Origin: an uncultured archaeon
GTDB lineage: Archaea > Asgardarchaeota > Lokiarchaeia > Sigyniarchaeales > SOKP01
Direction: 5' to 3'
NCBI GenBank assembly: GCA_964388035.1
Contig: CAYLZE010000025.1
Coordinates: 1-52,667 of the forward strand
DNA: 52,667 bases
Part shown: piece by piece, positions 9,842 to 21,638 of the stretch
Layout of the letters: each line of letters starts with the position of its first letter
Position numbering within the stretch: position 1 is the first letter of the stretch
Made by a program: the position numbers and the translations under genes
Notes under the pieces: model-generated
Told to the model about the DNA's origin: nothing
What the model saw: the letters and a program-made list of their open reading frames with translations, nothing else
Databases searched by the model: none

Positions 9842-11320
9842 CTAATAACTTTTCGCGATATAGACCGTGCAAGTTGCGGGCTCATTGCATACGATGCAAT
9901 TGGCAAATTCGTGTTTTTCTTCGTCTACCCGTTTCCCTCTAACATAGCCCCCTAATTCTTTTTCCACGATCTCAGCACAACGATAAGATTCCATATCTAT
10001 CGAGCAGAAACCACAACATACTATTTTACCTTTCTCTAATGCTTCTTTAGCACTATCCAGCTCATAGCAAGCCTCAATTTGCTCCTCAAAATCTTTGATA
10101 TTTCTATTCTTTATTTCTTGGGTATAATTTTGAGCTAATTCCTTGATTTTTGAATTCAAATTCGATTCAGGGATAAAGATTTTCTCGTTATCATGTCTTC
10201 TAACTAATACCACTTGCTTTTTTTCTATATCTCTGGGTCCAATTTCAATTCTAAAGGGCACTCCTTTCATTTCCCAATAATAAAATTTACTACCCGGCGA
10301 ATTATCCGAATCATCTATCTTGACCGCATAGTCTTCTGCAAGTTTATCATGCAATTCTTGTGCTTTTTGTTGTACAATATTCTCCTTATTTTTAAATAAA
10401 ATGGGGACAATGACAATTTGGATGGGTGCTAAATCAAAGGGAAGTACTAATCCTTTATCATCTCCTAAGAAAGCAATCATTGCTCCGTATATTCGACTAA
10501 TTGCTGGACCATAACACGTTTGATATCCATATTGTTCTTCTCCATTTTCATCGACAAATTTAACTTCAAAAGGTTTTGCAAAATTTTGACCAAGGTAATG
10601 GGTGGAAGGGAGTTGTAGAACTTTTCCCGAACCCATGAGTGCATCCGCTGCATAAGTACTTATCGCGCCGGCAAATTTATCCCATTGGGGTCTTTCAAAA
10701 AAAATAATAGGAATAGCGAATTCATCTTGAAGCATTTGATAGGTCGTTTCCATGTCTTCTTTTACTTGATTCATTGCATCTTCTTCCGTCGCAAAAACGT
10801 CATGGGATTCGATCCAATGAAATTCTCTTGCTCTAAAGAAGGGGCGGGTCATTTTTCCCTCGTATCGGAATACTTGACAGGATTGGTATCTTTTAAAGGG
10901 AAGATCTTTATAACTCCTGATCCATAAGGCATACATTTTATATAAAGCGGTTTCGCTGGTAGGTCGTAGGGCTAATCGTTCTGAAAGCTTATTTCCCTCA
11001 CTTCCTGCTTCTGTAACCCAAAAAACTTCGGGGGTAAATCCTTTCACGTGGTCTGCTTCGAGATTAAAATTACTTTCTGGAATCAAGGTCGGCATGATTA
11101 ATGGCAGATGTCCTTTTTTTTCTAATAATCTCTCATATTTTGCATACATTTTCTTAATGGAAATTGTTGCCCACGCTCTATAACATACGAATCCCTTGAT
11201 ATTATAGCGGACATCTGCTAGTTCTGCTTTATTAATAATTTCAGTATACCATCCAGAAAAATCCTTTTCTTTAGAAACAGTAATTCCCGTAAGCGGAGTC
11301 TCTTTCTTTGTTTTTCCCAT
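9842..11320 (-). CDS. proS: Proline--tRNA ligase, archaeal/eukaryotic type
   Basis: ALRPTSET, FRYE..TRPFFRAREF, HYLGQNF, GDDKGLVLP, anticodon-binding domain, C-terminal Cys cluster ending AKSY. Confidence 0.97.
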   Translation of the reverse strand: MGKTKKETPLTGITVSKEKDFSGWYTEIINKAELADVRYNIKGFVCYRAWATISIKKMYAKYERLLEKKGHLPLIMPTLIPESNFNLEADHVKGFTPEVFWVTEAGSEGNKLSERLALRPTSETALYKMYALWIRSYKDLPFKRYQSCQVFRYEGKMTRPFFRAREFHWIESHDVFATEEDAMNQVKEDMETTYQMLQDEFAIPIIFFERPQWDKFAGAISTYAADALMGSGKVLQLPSTHYLGQNFAKPFEVKFVDENGEEQYGYQTCYGPAISRIYGAMIAFLGDDKGLVLPFDLAPIQIVIVPILFKNKENIVQQKAQELHDKLAEDYAVKIDDSDNSPGSKFYYWEMKGVPFRIEIGPRDIEKKQVVLVRRHDNEKIFIPESNLNSKIKELAQNYTQEIKNRNIKDFEEQIEACYELDSAKEALEKGKIVCCGFCSIDMESYRCAEIVEKELGGYVRGKRVDEEKHEFANCIVCNEPATCTVYIAKSY

Positions 11321-11463
11321 GAAGAATCAAGAAAGAAAATTAATTAAAAATTAAAAATTTTTTGAGGATTGAGAAAAAAAACCATGGATTTGCCTAAATT
11401 TACGTGTTTTAATATCATATGTTCATTTCACATGCAAATCCGATTTCTGGAATTTCATGGCAA

Positions 11464-12852
<1,389 letters not shown>

Positions 12853-12936
12853 TTAGCTTAAATGAATTAATAATTAGTTTTTATTTAGAAATTTTAAAGA
12901 TCATTTAAAATTAATGGATTTTATAAAGAATTGAAT

Positions 12937-13716
12937 TCAGTGAGAGAAACTTTTTGTATGATTATTATCATCCGGAAGAAGCTTAGCATCCGTGATGAGT
13001 TTATTTCTTAATAATTCTACTTTATAACCCTTAGAATGCAAAAATTCTTCTAATTCGTTTCCCACTTTATTTAATAACTCCTCATCATTCTTATTTATCT
13101 TGAATTGAATTATAGATTGAGCATTTTTAACTTTATTTTTATCATCCATGGTTGCCGGGGAGATGTTAATATCGGTAGCTCCCGCTAATCTTCCTTTTTT
13201 CTTTATTTCTTGCTCGAAAGGTCCTATGGTAAAAAATTCTAAGGATTTAGTTTTGAGTTTTTCTTCTAATATTTCTTCTAACTCTTCCCGTGCTTTTGAA
13301 CTATAAAACGTGGTTATTTCCTGCGTAGCTAATTGCTTGAATTTTCCATTTACCAATTTTTCTTTATCTTCCACGTAATTGATGATAGAATCATAATAAT
13401 GCTCGTCAATTTTATGAAAATTTTCAACATGTCTAATATAGTCCGTGAGTTTATCTATTAAGTCAAAATAAAACCTCAAAGAAGCTTTAATCGCAATCTT
13501 ATCATCCAGATTTTTGATTTCGGGATATAATTTTTTAAGAATAACATTAATCTTCTTCACTAATTCCGAACAATATTTAGCGATCTCCTCAGATTTTTGA
13601 AGTGATTTCTGATTTAATAGATCAAGCAAAAATTTTTCCGTTGATGCTAAATCCTCAAAGATTAACGAAATCTCCCGGCGATATTTCTTTTCGATATAGG
13701 ACATGTACCCCATCAC
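12937..13716 (-). CDS. Hypothetical protein (helical N-terminal part, small alpha/beta C-terminal part)
   Basis: 259-aa ORF with typical composition; no recognised motif. Confidence 0.7.
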   Translation of the reverse strand: MMGYMSYIEKKYRREISLIFEDLASTEKFLLDLLNQKSLQKSEEIAKYCSELVKKINVILKKLYPEIKNLDDKIAIKASLRFYFDLIDKLTDYIRHVENFHKIDEHYYDSIINYVEDKEKLVNGKFKQLATQEITTFYSSKAREELEEILEEKLKTKSLEFFTIGPFEQEIKKKGRLAGATDINISPATMDDKNKVKNAQSIIQFKINKNDEELLNKVGNELEEFLHSKGYKVELLRNKLITDAKLLPDDNNHTKSFSH

Positions 13717-13965
13717 TTACATTTTTTTTTTGACAACTAAATTGTCTATAAATACTATACAACTACATCTATATATTTTTATTTAATAAATCAATTCCTT
13801 ATATTCTAGGGAAAAGGATTGAGAACACCCCTTTTGACAATGATAAAAATATCATATATGGGTAAGTTCCATTTTAAAAATTGAAAAGAAAAAATAAAAA
13901 AAGCAGATACTATTCTTTGAATGGCATGTATTTCCATTAAAAGATGTATCGTTTCAGATACACGT

Positions 13966-14889
13966 TCATCTCATGAGCTTGGATTTGATTTGCTTGCTTC
14001 GCGATCTCAATGTGACTTCTGTTACTTTAGCAATCTCAGAAACTTCTGCCTGCGTTCTGCGACAATTACTTGATTTTGCGGCCATGTACACTACGGAAGC
14101 GGCTAAACCTTTAGGATCTTTTCCTGTCCTCAATAAACCATTCTTAGAAGCTTCCACCAATAAATTAATAGCAACCTTCTGTACATTCATCGGAAGTCCG
14201 AGATCATTTCCAAAACGAAATACTAATTGTTCCGCTGTAATTGGCCTGTATCTCAATCCCAATTCAGGAAGGACCTCTTTTACTACCATTCCCAAAGAAC
14301 GATGTACCGTTCTTCGAGGGGTCATGGAAGCTTCACATACTTCCTCAAGTAACCTGGGAAATTCATGCACCCGTATGGCCGCATAAAGAGAAGCGGCGAT
14401 GAAACCATCGATAGATCTTCCCATGGTCAATTTTTTCTTTGCTACTACCGAGTAAATCTTCCATGCTGTTTCCTTGATATATTCAGGAATATTCAATTTT
14501 GAGGTTAGCATTTTTAATTTGGGTTTTGCTTCCCAAAAATTCCTTTCAATACTCGAGATAAGAGAATTCTGAATTTTGGACAAACGCGAAAAAAGGGTTT
14601 TTCCCTTGGCCCCAATTAATCTTCCTTTGGAGTCAATTTTGGAATTTGGGAGCATGGTTCGCGGACCAAACTCGCGCCATCGGGGTTCCGTTCGCCGCCT
14701 TTTATTCACCTCTTCCACGGTATACGCCCTTCTCTCGTGTCCCACGAGATCTGCACTGATCACCATGCCGCAATTAAGACATACATTATTCCCTTCTCGA
14801 GACTCTATGCAAGGATTATCACAGCATTTTTCAAAATCAATAACTTCGGGCTCTTTTGCACGTATTCTTTCTTTATAATTTTGGTTCAT
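13966..14889 (-). CDS. tfb: Transcription initiation factor IIB (TFB)
   Basis: N-terminal Zn ribbon (CC...VCLNCG), two cyclin repeats (GRS...AASLYAA; GKDPKGLAAS..Y...TQAEVS...VTEVTLRSR). Confidence 0.95.
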   Translation of the reverse strand: MNQNYKERIRAKEPEVIDFEKCCDNPCIESREGNNVCLNCGMVISADLVGHERRAYTVEEVNKRRRTEPRWREFGPRTMLPNSKIDSKGRLIGAKGKTLFSRLSKIQNSLISSIERNFWEAKPKLKMLTSKLNIPEYIKETAWKIYSVVAKKKLTMGRSIDGFIAASLYAAIRVHEFPRLLEEVCEASMTPRRTVHRSLGMVVKEVLPELGLRYRPITAEQLVFRFGNDLGLPMNVQKVAINLLVEASKNGLLRTGKDPKGLAASVVYMAAKSSNCRRTQAEVSEIAKVTEVTLRSRSKQIKSKLMR

Positions 14890-15339
14890 GGGTATTCACA
14901 AAATTTATTCTTTTTTTGAGATCAATAAATTTGATCGGTTACATGCATTTGATATCAAAAACCTTTAAACCGCATTATAATAATTTAATAAAATAATGCA
15001 TTTTTTAAATAATAATTTTGGTTTTAATTACTATTAAATTTTTTACATTACTGTTATAGTTTATAGTATTAATATGGCATTCTATTATATAAATATATAT
15101 TTATAAAAGATTGTGATAAGAAGACGAACAAACATTTTTGGGGGAGGAAATTCCCACAAATAAAAAATATCATGATTAATGGAATCGATCAGTAATTCCC
15201 AATTCTAGTAAAAAAGTGAATAACAAAAGATCTTTTTTTTAATATAAATGGTTAGATTATGGAAAGTTTTTTGATGCGAATGATTCTGATGATTTTCATG
15301 AAAAAAGTACATTAATTTCATTTTAGATGAGGAAAATGG

Positions 15340-16623
15340 TCATATTTTACTATTTAGCAAGGGTAGAACTGAAGGACCATTAGGCAAGATCAAAATTCTT
15401 GCATTTTTTCCATGAATTTTTATACTTTCATCAAGAGCTTTCTCTACAGTAGCCGCATGTTTAAGTCCAATGTTTCCAATATCTTCTTTTTTTAATCGTG
15501 AAATTACATAAATATCCGCTTTCATTAAAATTCTAGTTAGGATCTGGATTTCCCATTGATCGGTTATATGAATTACATTTTCTACGATTTGCTCATGAAT
15601 GGTATTTGGTGTTTTTCCCGAGAAAAGCAATTCTTTGAAATTATCATGTCCTACTCCATCTGACAATTCATTTACAGATATGATTGTGCCCCCTTCTTTA
15701 ACTGCCATTTCCCCGATAGCCATGCTCTTTACTGCTTGATAGAGATTTAGATCCAAGGGATAGCCACCATTTCCACATATTACTATATCAAAAGGTTTTT
15801 TTATCTGCTCAAATACATGATCCAATTGATAATTAACTAGTTGCTGATGCGCTTTCTCACAATCTCCAGCAGCAATTTGAGTTATCTCGTGTTTTTCATT
15901 GATACAGGTATTAATGATGAAATCGACACTCACCTTTTTCATGATTTCCATCGCATTTTCATGCAAAGGATTACCGTTTATGATTCCAAAACGAGCTTTA
16001 GGAGATGCAATATTTACGGCAGAATGATTTGCTTGAATAGTTTCTTCCCCTGCTATTCCGGGGACAATGGATTTTCTTCCTCCCGAAAATCCAAAGAAGA
16101 AATGAGGTTCAACATACCCCGTTAATATCTTGACATCGCTCTCAATGTACTTTTTATTAATATAGATAGGAATACCGTTAGAGGCTTTTCCTAAATATGT
16201 TAAAGAATTTCTGTCAGTCGCAACGTGATCGATAACAACACACTCCTTTAAAATGCGTTCTCCCAACATTCTGGTCAATTCTTCCGGTCGTGAAGCCCGA
16301 TGCAATCCCGTTGCTATTAAAATAAAAATCTTGTCTCTATCAATTCCATATTCATTTAACTCTTTAAACAGTGCCTCTAGCATAATTCTTGTAGGGGCAG
16401 GTCTAGTAGAATCACTAACTACAATACAAATTTTCTCTATTTTCTTTTTATTCGCAAGGATCTTATTCAAGGAGGGGATGCCAATAGGGTGATTTATTGC
16501 CTCCCTAATTGCCTCTATTGGTTTATCAATTACCCTTTGAGCTTTAGGATGAAAAACGGTTAGATTCCACTCGGGATTCAATTTCACTTCCAAGCCCTTA
16601 ACCCCATAATCTAAACTTATCAT
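15340..16623 (-). CDS. larA: Nickel-pincer lactate racemase LarA family protein
   Basis: VVSDSTRP, IATGLHR, EPHFFFGFSGGRKSI, GGYPLDLNLYQAVK. Start moved to MISLDYG (16623) to avoid overlap with the upstream gene. Confidence 0.92.
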   Translation of the reverse strand: MISLDYGVKGLEVKLNPEWNLTVFHPKAQRVIDKPIEAIREAINHPIGIPSLNKILANKKKIEKICIVVSDSTRPAPTRIMLEALFKELNEYGIDRDKIFILIATGLHRASRPEELTRMLGERILKECVVIDHVATDRNSLTYLGKASNGIPIYINKKYIESDVKILTGYVEPHFFFGFSGGRKSIVPGIAGEETIQANHSAVNIASPKARFGIINGNPLHENAMEIMKKVSVDFIINTCINEKHEITQIAAGDCEKAHQQLVNYQLDHVFEQIKKPFDIVICGNGGYPLDLNLYQAVKSMAIGEMAVKEGGTIISVNELSDGVGHDNFKELLFSGKTPNTIHEQIVENVIHITDQWEIQILTRILMKADIYVISRLKKEDIGNIGLKHAATVEKALDESIKIHGKNARILILPNGPSVLPLLNSKI

Positions 16624-16633
16624 GTCATTCACT

Positions 16634-18370
16634 TCAATTCGCATGTATAATCTCCCGTGCTTTTTCAAAAATCTCGAACGTGTGAACCCCTGCGGGACAT
16701 TGAATATAACAATTTCCACAAAGCGAACAAGCATGAAAAACATCAATAATAATTTTTGAAGGTTTTAATTCCCCGTGAACCAATCCATTAAGAAGACTTA
16801 ACCTTCCTCTGGGTGTATATGGCTCGATTTGATAATACAACTTTGAAGGACATGTCTCTTTACAAAACCCACAACGCATACAGCTTAATTCTAATATCTT
16901 ATCCTCTTGGTTTTTTAATTTTCGTTCTTGTCGTGATGTTTCAAGCAACTCGGCGCTTCCTTTTCCTGTCCCTGGATTTAAAATATTATTCGGATCAAAC
17001 AAACTTTTGATTTGCCTCATGAGTTCGAGCACGTTCTTATCATGCTCTCCTTTCATATAGGGCGTTTTAATCTTTCCGATCCCGTGTTCGCCCGTGATAC
17101 TTCCCTTCACGGGGATGATGATATTCTCATAAAGATATTCCTTCGCTCTTTCAAATTCAGCAAGATCATTTCTATCATTCTCGTTGAAAAGGAAAGTGGG
17201 ATGCAAGTTTCCTTCCATGTGTCCAAATGTGGCTATTTTTACTCTCTCCATGTTGAGATCCTTGGGCATGCTCTCAATTTTTTTGATAACGGAAGGGAAA
17301 TCTGTTATTTTTATGGTACAATCTTCCAAGCAGCATGATGGACTTATCCGAGAAAGTGCTGGAAGCGCAGCTTTTCTCGCTCCTATTAATATATTCCTCT
17401 CCTTTTCCGTTTCTGCTACTTTATTAAAGATAGGGTGTTGTTTCAACATTATCTGGTTTAATTTTTCAAATTCTTCCTCAATTCCTTCTGTGCTTTTGCT
17501 TTCTACATCAGCAAGTAGGACGTAACCCAAGGGATATTCCAGGAATTCTCCTCCCAAATTTTGAAATACTGCTTTAGTCGTGAGATAATCCAGGAATTCT
17601 AATAAAATAGGAACGATTCCTTCCCTTCTTAATTCAAGGACTGCAGCGCTTAAATCGTCAATGGTCTTAAAAATATAAAATCCTAATTTTCTATATTGAG
17701 GAAGGGGCTTTATTCTTAATCCAATTTTAGTGAAAATTGCTAAAGTACCTTCCGATCCCACCATGAGATCTTTCAGGTTGTAAGATGAAACTGATTTTAA
17801 TACTTCCGTGCCTACCTTCAAGATCGTTCCATCAGCTAAGACACATTCTAACGATAAAACATAATCTTTGGTAACTCCATATTTAAAAGCTTGGACACCT
17901 CCTGAATTGTTTGCAACCATCCCTCCCACCGTACAGGCTTGACTTGATCCGGGATCTGGGGGAAAAAAGTAGCCTTTTGGGTTTAAAAAAGCGTTTAGAT
18001 CATCGCACACGACACCGGGTTCCACCTCTACTAGATTGTTTTCAATCTCCACTTTAAGAATTTTTCTCATTTGACTTAAATCTAATACTATTCCTCCATG
18101 AGGAGTCATTGACCCGGCCGCTAAACTTGTTCCTGCCCCCCGGGCAGTAACAGGTATCCTATTTGCGTTAGCAAGCTTTAAAATCTCTGAAATTTGTAGG
18201 ACATTTTGAGGTGTTAAAACCACGTCAGGTCTCCAATCTTTTCGGAAAACTGTAGCTCCAAAAGAGTATGTCCAGAGGATTTCTTCTTGATCAAAGTAAT
18301 TAGTTTCTCCCACAATTTCAATTAAATTTTGCTCGAGTTCCTTAGAAATTTTGTTATATTCCACGTTCAT
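16634..18370 (-). CDS. FAD-linked 2-hydroxyacid (D-lactate/glycolate, GlcD-like) dehydrogenase with C-terminal 2x[4Fe-4S] domain
   Basis: RGAGTSL, FPPDPGS, VGSEGTL, GHMEGNLH, GEHGIG, NILNPG, then CMRCGFCKETCP and CSLCGNCYIQCP. Start set at ATG 18370. Confidence 0.92.
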   Translation of the reverse strand: MNVEYNKISKELEQNLIEIVGETNYFDQEEILWTYSFGATVFRKDWRPDVVLTPQNVLQISEILKLANANRIPVTARGAGTSLAAGSMTPHGGIVLDLSQMRKILKVEIENNLVEVEPGVVCDDLNAFLNPKGYFFPPDPGSSQACTVGGMVANNSGGVQAFKYGVTKDYVLSLECVLADGTILKVGTEVLKSVSSYNLKDLMVGSEGTLAIFTKIGLRIKPLPQYRKLGFYIFKTIDDLSAAVLELRREGIVPILLEFLDYLTTKAVFQNLGGEFLEYPLGYVLLADVESKSTEGIEEEFEKLNQIMLKQHPIFNKVAETEKERNILIGARKAALPALSRISPSCCLEDCTIKITDFPSVIKKIESMPKDLNMERVKIATFGHMEGNLHPTFLFNENDRNDLAEFERAKEYLYENIIIPVKGSITGEHGIGKIKTPYMKGEHDKNVLELMRQIKSLFDPNNILNPGTGKGSAELLETSRQERKLKNQEDKILELSCMRCGFCKETCPSKLYYQIEPYTPRGRLSLLNGLVHGELKPSKIIIDVFHACSLCGNCYIQCPAGVHTFEIFEKAREIIHAN

Positions 18371-18453
18371 GAGAAATTTAAACAGCTTAAATAATTGAAC
18401 TTTCAATCATGAATATAATATATTATTCATCTCTTAATCGTTTCTGTTACTTA

Positions 18454-19338
18454 TTATAAGGTATTAAATTCGGAACCTTTAAATCCCCAAGATTGTAGTA
18501 ACTCTTGTGCTTCCGAGGACATTTTATCTAAAAAATTCTTAATCGGAACGATTTCTTTTATATGCCCTGCTGCCATGCTCCAGATGCTCTTATCTTTTAA
18601 TTGGTGGTGATAAATTTGATTATAGAAATCTTCATCAAAGATATCTTGATTAATCATTTTCTTTTTATAGGTATCGGAAGCCGGACATTCCTTAGTTGCC
18701 ATGATGGCAGTTCCAAAACAAACCGCATCAGCACCCATGGCCATTGCTGCTAAGAACCCTCTTGCATCTCCTATTCCCCCTGCTGCAATAATGGGAATTT
18801 TGAGCATTTTTCTCGCCATGGTTATGTTGACTAGCGTGGTGTTTTGGAGCGGGTTCTTAAAACCTGTCCCCTCAATTCCTACCAGCGTGACGGCATCCGC
18901 GCCTAATTTCTCTATGGAAAGTGCGTGCTTTAATAACGTGCATTTATGGAACCATAACCCCCCGCTGGACTTAAATCTCTTTCCTATAACATCTGATCTA
19001 TAAGCAGAAGTAGTACAGATCTTTACCCCCTCCTCTATTGCTACTTCCATGAATTCTAAATAAAAATTCTCATTTCTTGGTCGGGGAACACGTTCCGCCA
19101 TGGTAGGGGGCATGATAGAAAAATTAACTCCGAATGGTTTATCCGTCAATTCTTTTACTTTTTTAATGGCATTTCTGAACTTTTCGGAAGTATTATAATT
19201 AATAGCCGTTAAAATACCCAGACCTCCAGCATTACAAAACGCTGCCGTGAATTCTGCTTTCCCTACTCCTGCAAAAGCGCCCATTATAAAAGGATATTTA
19301 ATTCCCACAAGTTCCGTTATTTTGGTTTTCCATTTCAT
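18454..19338 (-). CDS. Nitronate monooxygenase / FabK-like FMN oxidoreductase (variant)
   Basis: KTKITEL.GIKYP, AGGLG, TDKPFGVN, IIAAGGIGD.RG, MGADAV..GT. Confidence 0.88.
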   Translation of the reverse strand: MKWKTKITELVGIKYPFIMGAFAGVGKAEFTAAFCNAGGLGILTAINYNTSEKFRNAIKKVKELTDKPFGVNFSIMPPTMAERVPRPRNENFYLEFMEVAIEEGVKICTTSAYRSDVIGKRFKSSGGLWFHKCTLLKHALSIEKLGADAVTLVGIEGTGFKNPLQNTTLVNITMARKMLKIPIIAAGGIGDARGFLAAMAMGADAVCFGTAIMATKECPASDTYKKKMINQDIFDEDFYNQIYHHQLKDKSIWSMAAGHIKEIVPIKNFLDKMSSEAQELLQSWGFKGSEFNTL

Positions 19339-19540
19339 GATGATAAAATAAACCTACATGTAAAAAAGAAGATATTATTTTTTGTAAATTAATACTTTCA
19401 AATTTATTTTAAGCAAAAAAGATTGAGATAAAGGGATAATAAATTCATTTCATAAAAATTCTTAATTTCTTAATCTTCGTTTAAAGAGAAACCTAGTAAT
19501 TATTTTCGAAAAAAGTATATTTATAATCTTTTATTCTCTA

Positions 19541-20311
19541 TTGATTATTATGGAAGAAATTGACGCGACTACCATTGGAATGTTTTTTGAAACATTCATC
19601 ATTATTGTTATGATTACCCTCTTAATTCTTATTTATAAAAGATATAAGGAAAAAAAACACGAGCTTACCATGTATCTTTTTCTCATTTTTCTTAATTTTA
19701 TGTTTGCCATTGTATTTTCATGGCTTTCTAAAGTGCTTGTAGTTTATGCAACGATAGTGGATAATACGAGTATTGAATATGCATATGATAGAACTGTACC
19801 TATACCCAATACTCTTGCATCGTGGTTCATTTTAAGGATCCTGGATTTTAGAATTAGCTTTTTATTCGTTGTCGTCTCCACGTATTTCAGTTATATTTTA
19901 AAAGTGAAAGTATTTGAAAAGGGATACAGGCAAATCGAAAGGATCTTCGTTATAGCATTTGGGATTTTCACATTTTTCTTCTCTCTCATTGTTTATGATA
20001 GAGATGTGGCTATATTGGATGTATTTGCTTTTCTATTCGTATTAATTTATGTTTCAGCTGTTTACATTCCCTTTTTAATTAAAGCTTTCTCATTTTATCG
20101 GAAGGTAGAAGAAACAAAATTTCAAACGGCTTTTCTTGCATTATCTATCATGTCTTTATCAATTTTACTGGTTTTTTTGAACTTGCTTTTTGATCGCCTC
20201 GTTATTTTAATTACCGGAGTAGGATTCACGATTTTTTACTTCTTGAGTTGGACATGTGGTATAATAGCCATATTGGGAGCATATTTTGGATATATTCGTC
20301 CTAAATCCTAA
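19541..20311 (+). CDS. Seven-transmembrane protein, putative receptor/sensor
   Basis: Seven hydrophobic segments of about 20-25 aa separated by short charged loops; ends GYIRPKS. Confidence 0.7.
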   Translation: MIIMEEIDATTIGMFFETFIIIVMITLLILIYKRYKEKKHELTMYLFLIFLNFMFAIVFSWLSKVLVVYATIVDNTSIEYAYDRTVPIPNTLASWFILRILDFRISFLFVVVSTYFSYILKVKVFEKGYRQIERIFVIAFGIFTFFFSLIVYDRDVAILDVFAFLFVLIYVSAVYIPFLIKAFSFYRKVEETKFQTAFLALSIMSLSILLVFLNLLFDRLVILITGVGFTIFYFLSWTCGIIAILGAYFGYIRPKS

Positions 20312-20419
20312 TAATAATTCATAAAGTAACTATTTATTTAGCCAAAGAAATAAATATATAATAATTAATTGTATTTTATTTGAAATTATACAATATTAAA
20401 TGAACCAACTTTAGGCATC

Positions 20420-20833
20420 ATGGTAAAAGGCCTACAAGACTTATGGATAATGGATGAAACTGGGATTACATTATTTAGTAGGGTTTACGATGAGAAAATG
20501 AACGCTCAATTCTTCGGTGCGGTCATTTCCGCGTTGAATAAATTCGCGGAAAACATAACTGAAGGGGGTTTAACTCATTTTGAACTAAAAGATAAACGGT
20601 TCAGTTTTTTAAAGGTAGATAACTTAATTTTTGTAGCTAATTCCGATCCTAAAAAAATAAATGAAAAGAAAGCATTAGCTGAGCTGGAAGGAATATCAGA
20701 TATATTTTTTAAGGAATATGGAGAGGTATTAAAGGATTGGAACAATGATATTAGCATTTTCGAAGATTTTGAAAAAAAAATCAAGGATTCTCTTGAAGAA
20801 GTCATAAAAAAGTTCCAGCAAGCTTTTTGGTGA
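20420..20833 (+). CDS. Longin-like domain protein (Asgard eukaryotic-signature family)
   Basis: LWIMDETGITLFSR (b1-b2), helix FFGAVISALNKFAENI, b3-b5 (LTHFEL..RFSFL..LIFVA), helix, F..Y..W..D...F..F. Confidence 0.75.
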   Translation: MVKGLQDLWIMDETGITLFSRVYDEKMNAQFFGAVISALNKFAENITEGGLTHFELKDKRFSFLKVDNLIFVANSDPKKINEKKALAELEGISDIFFKEYGEVLKDWNNDISIFEDFEKKIKDSLEEVIKKFQQAFW

Positions 20834-20967
20834 TGGTTCCTAAATCGTGCTTTTCTTTCAAAAGATAATCGAAAAAATTATAAGATCGAAAAGATATTTT
20901 CTTAATGGAAGTGTGTGTAAGAAATTTAAAATTTTAAGGATGAAATAATTCAAAACGGAAAAAAGGA

Positions 20968-21282
20968 ATGAGCGAAAAAAAAAGTAATGATTCTGAAAAT
21001 AAAAAGGACATCCTCGACAATTTAGATAATAAAAAGCTTGGTACTTTTACATTTAATGATCCAAATGCTAACCTGAAAAATCTAATGGTACCTGGGTTCT
21101 TAGGTTCTTTTCACATGAAAGAAAGTATCGAACCCAATAATTTAAGCAATGTAAATAACTTGGTTCAAAACAAATTGGACATGAAATTAAAAAGCGCTGT
21201 ATTTAATCCAATCACGTTAACACTTATTTTCCTTGCTCTGGCTTTTAATATTTTCTGGCTATTCCTAATATTGTTTGGTTAA
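20968..21282 (+). CDS. Small protein with single C-terminal TM helix (tail-anchored)
   Basis: Polar N-terminus, hydrophobic last ~25 residues (ITLTLIFLALAFNIFWLFLILFG). Confidence 0.65.
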   Translation: MSEKKSNDSENKKDILDNLDNKKLGTFTFNDPNANLKNLMVPGFLGSFHMKESIEPNNLSNVNNLVQNKLDMKLKSAVFNPITLTLIFLALAFNIFWLFLILFG

Positions 21283-21638
21283 ATAAATATTAAGGATCAT
21301 TAGGCAACCAACTAGCTGGACTTTATTTATTCTCTTATTTTCAGAATGATTTGTTCAATTTTATCAATTTCATGAAGGACTTAATAGAAATTGCCTTCTA
21401 AAATTTTATTAGATAGAGGATTTGTTCTTGATTTTTGCATTATTATATCATCATGCAATTCACCATTCAATGAAGCTTTCATTGGAACTTGATCTCTTTT
21501 ATTCAATAAACAAGAAATTTAGCGATCATTTTTTTTCAATTTAATAAATTATTAAGATTTTTGTTTATTTTCTTATTTTAATATAGTTAATTTAATGAAG
21601 TAGTTTTTCATATTTAGCTTGAAAAGGTAATATTAACC

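Noticed and set aside
19541-20311. Rhodopsin
   Set aside because: No retinal-binding Lys within TM7 and no rhodopsin helix-C motif.
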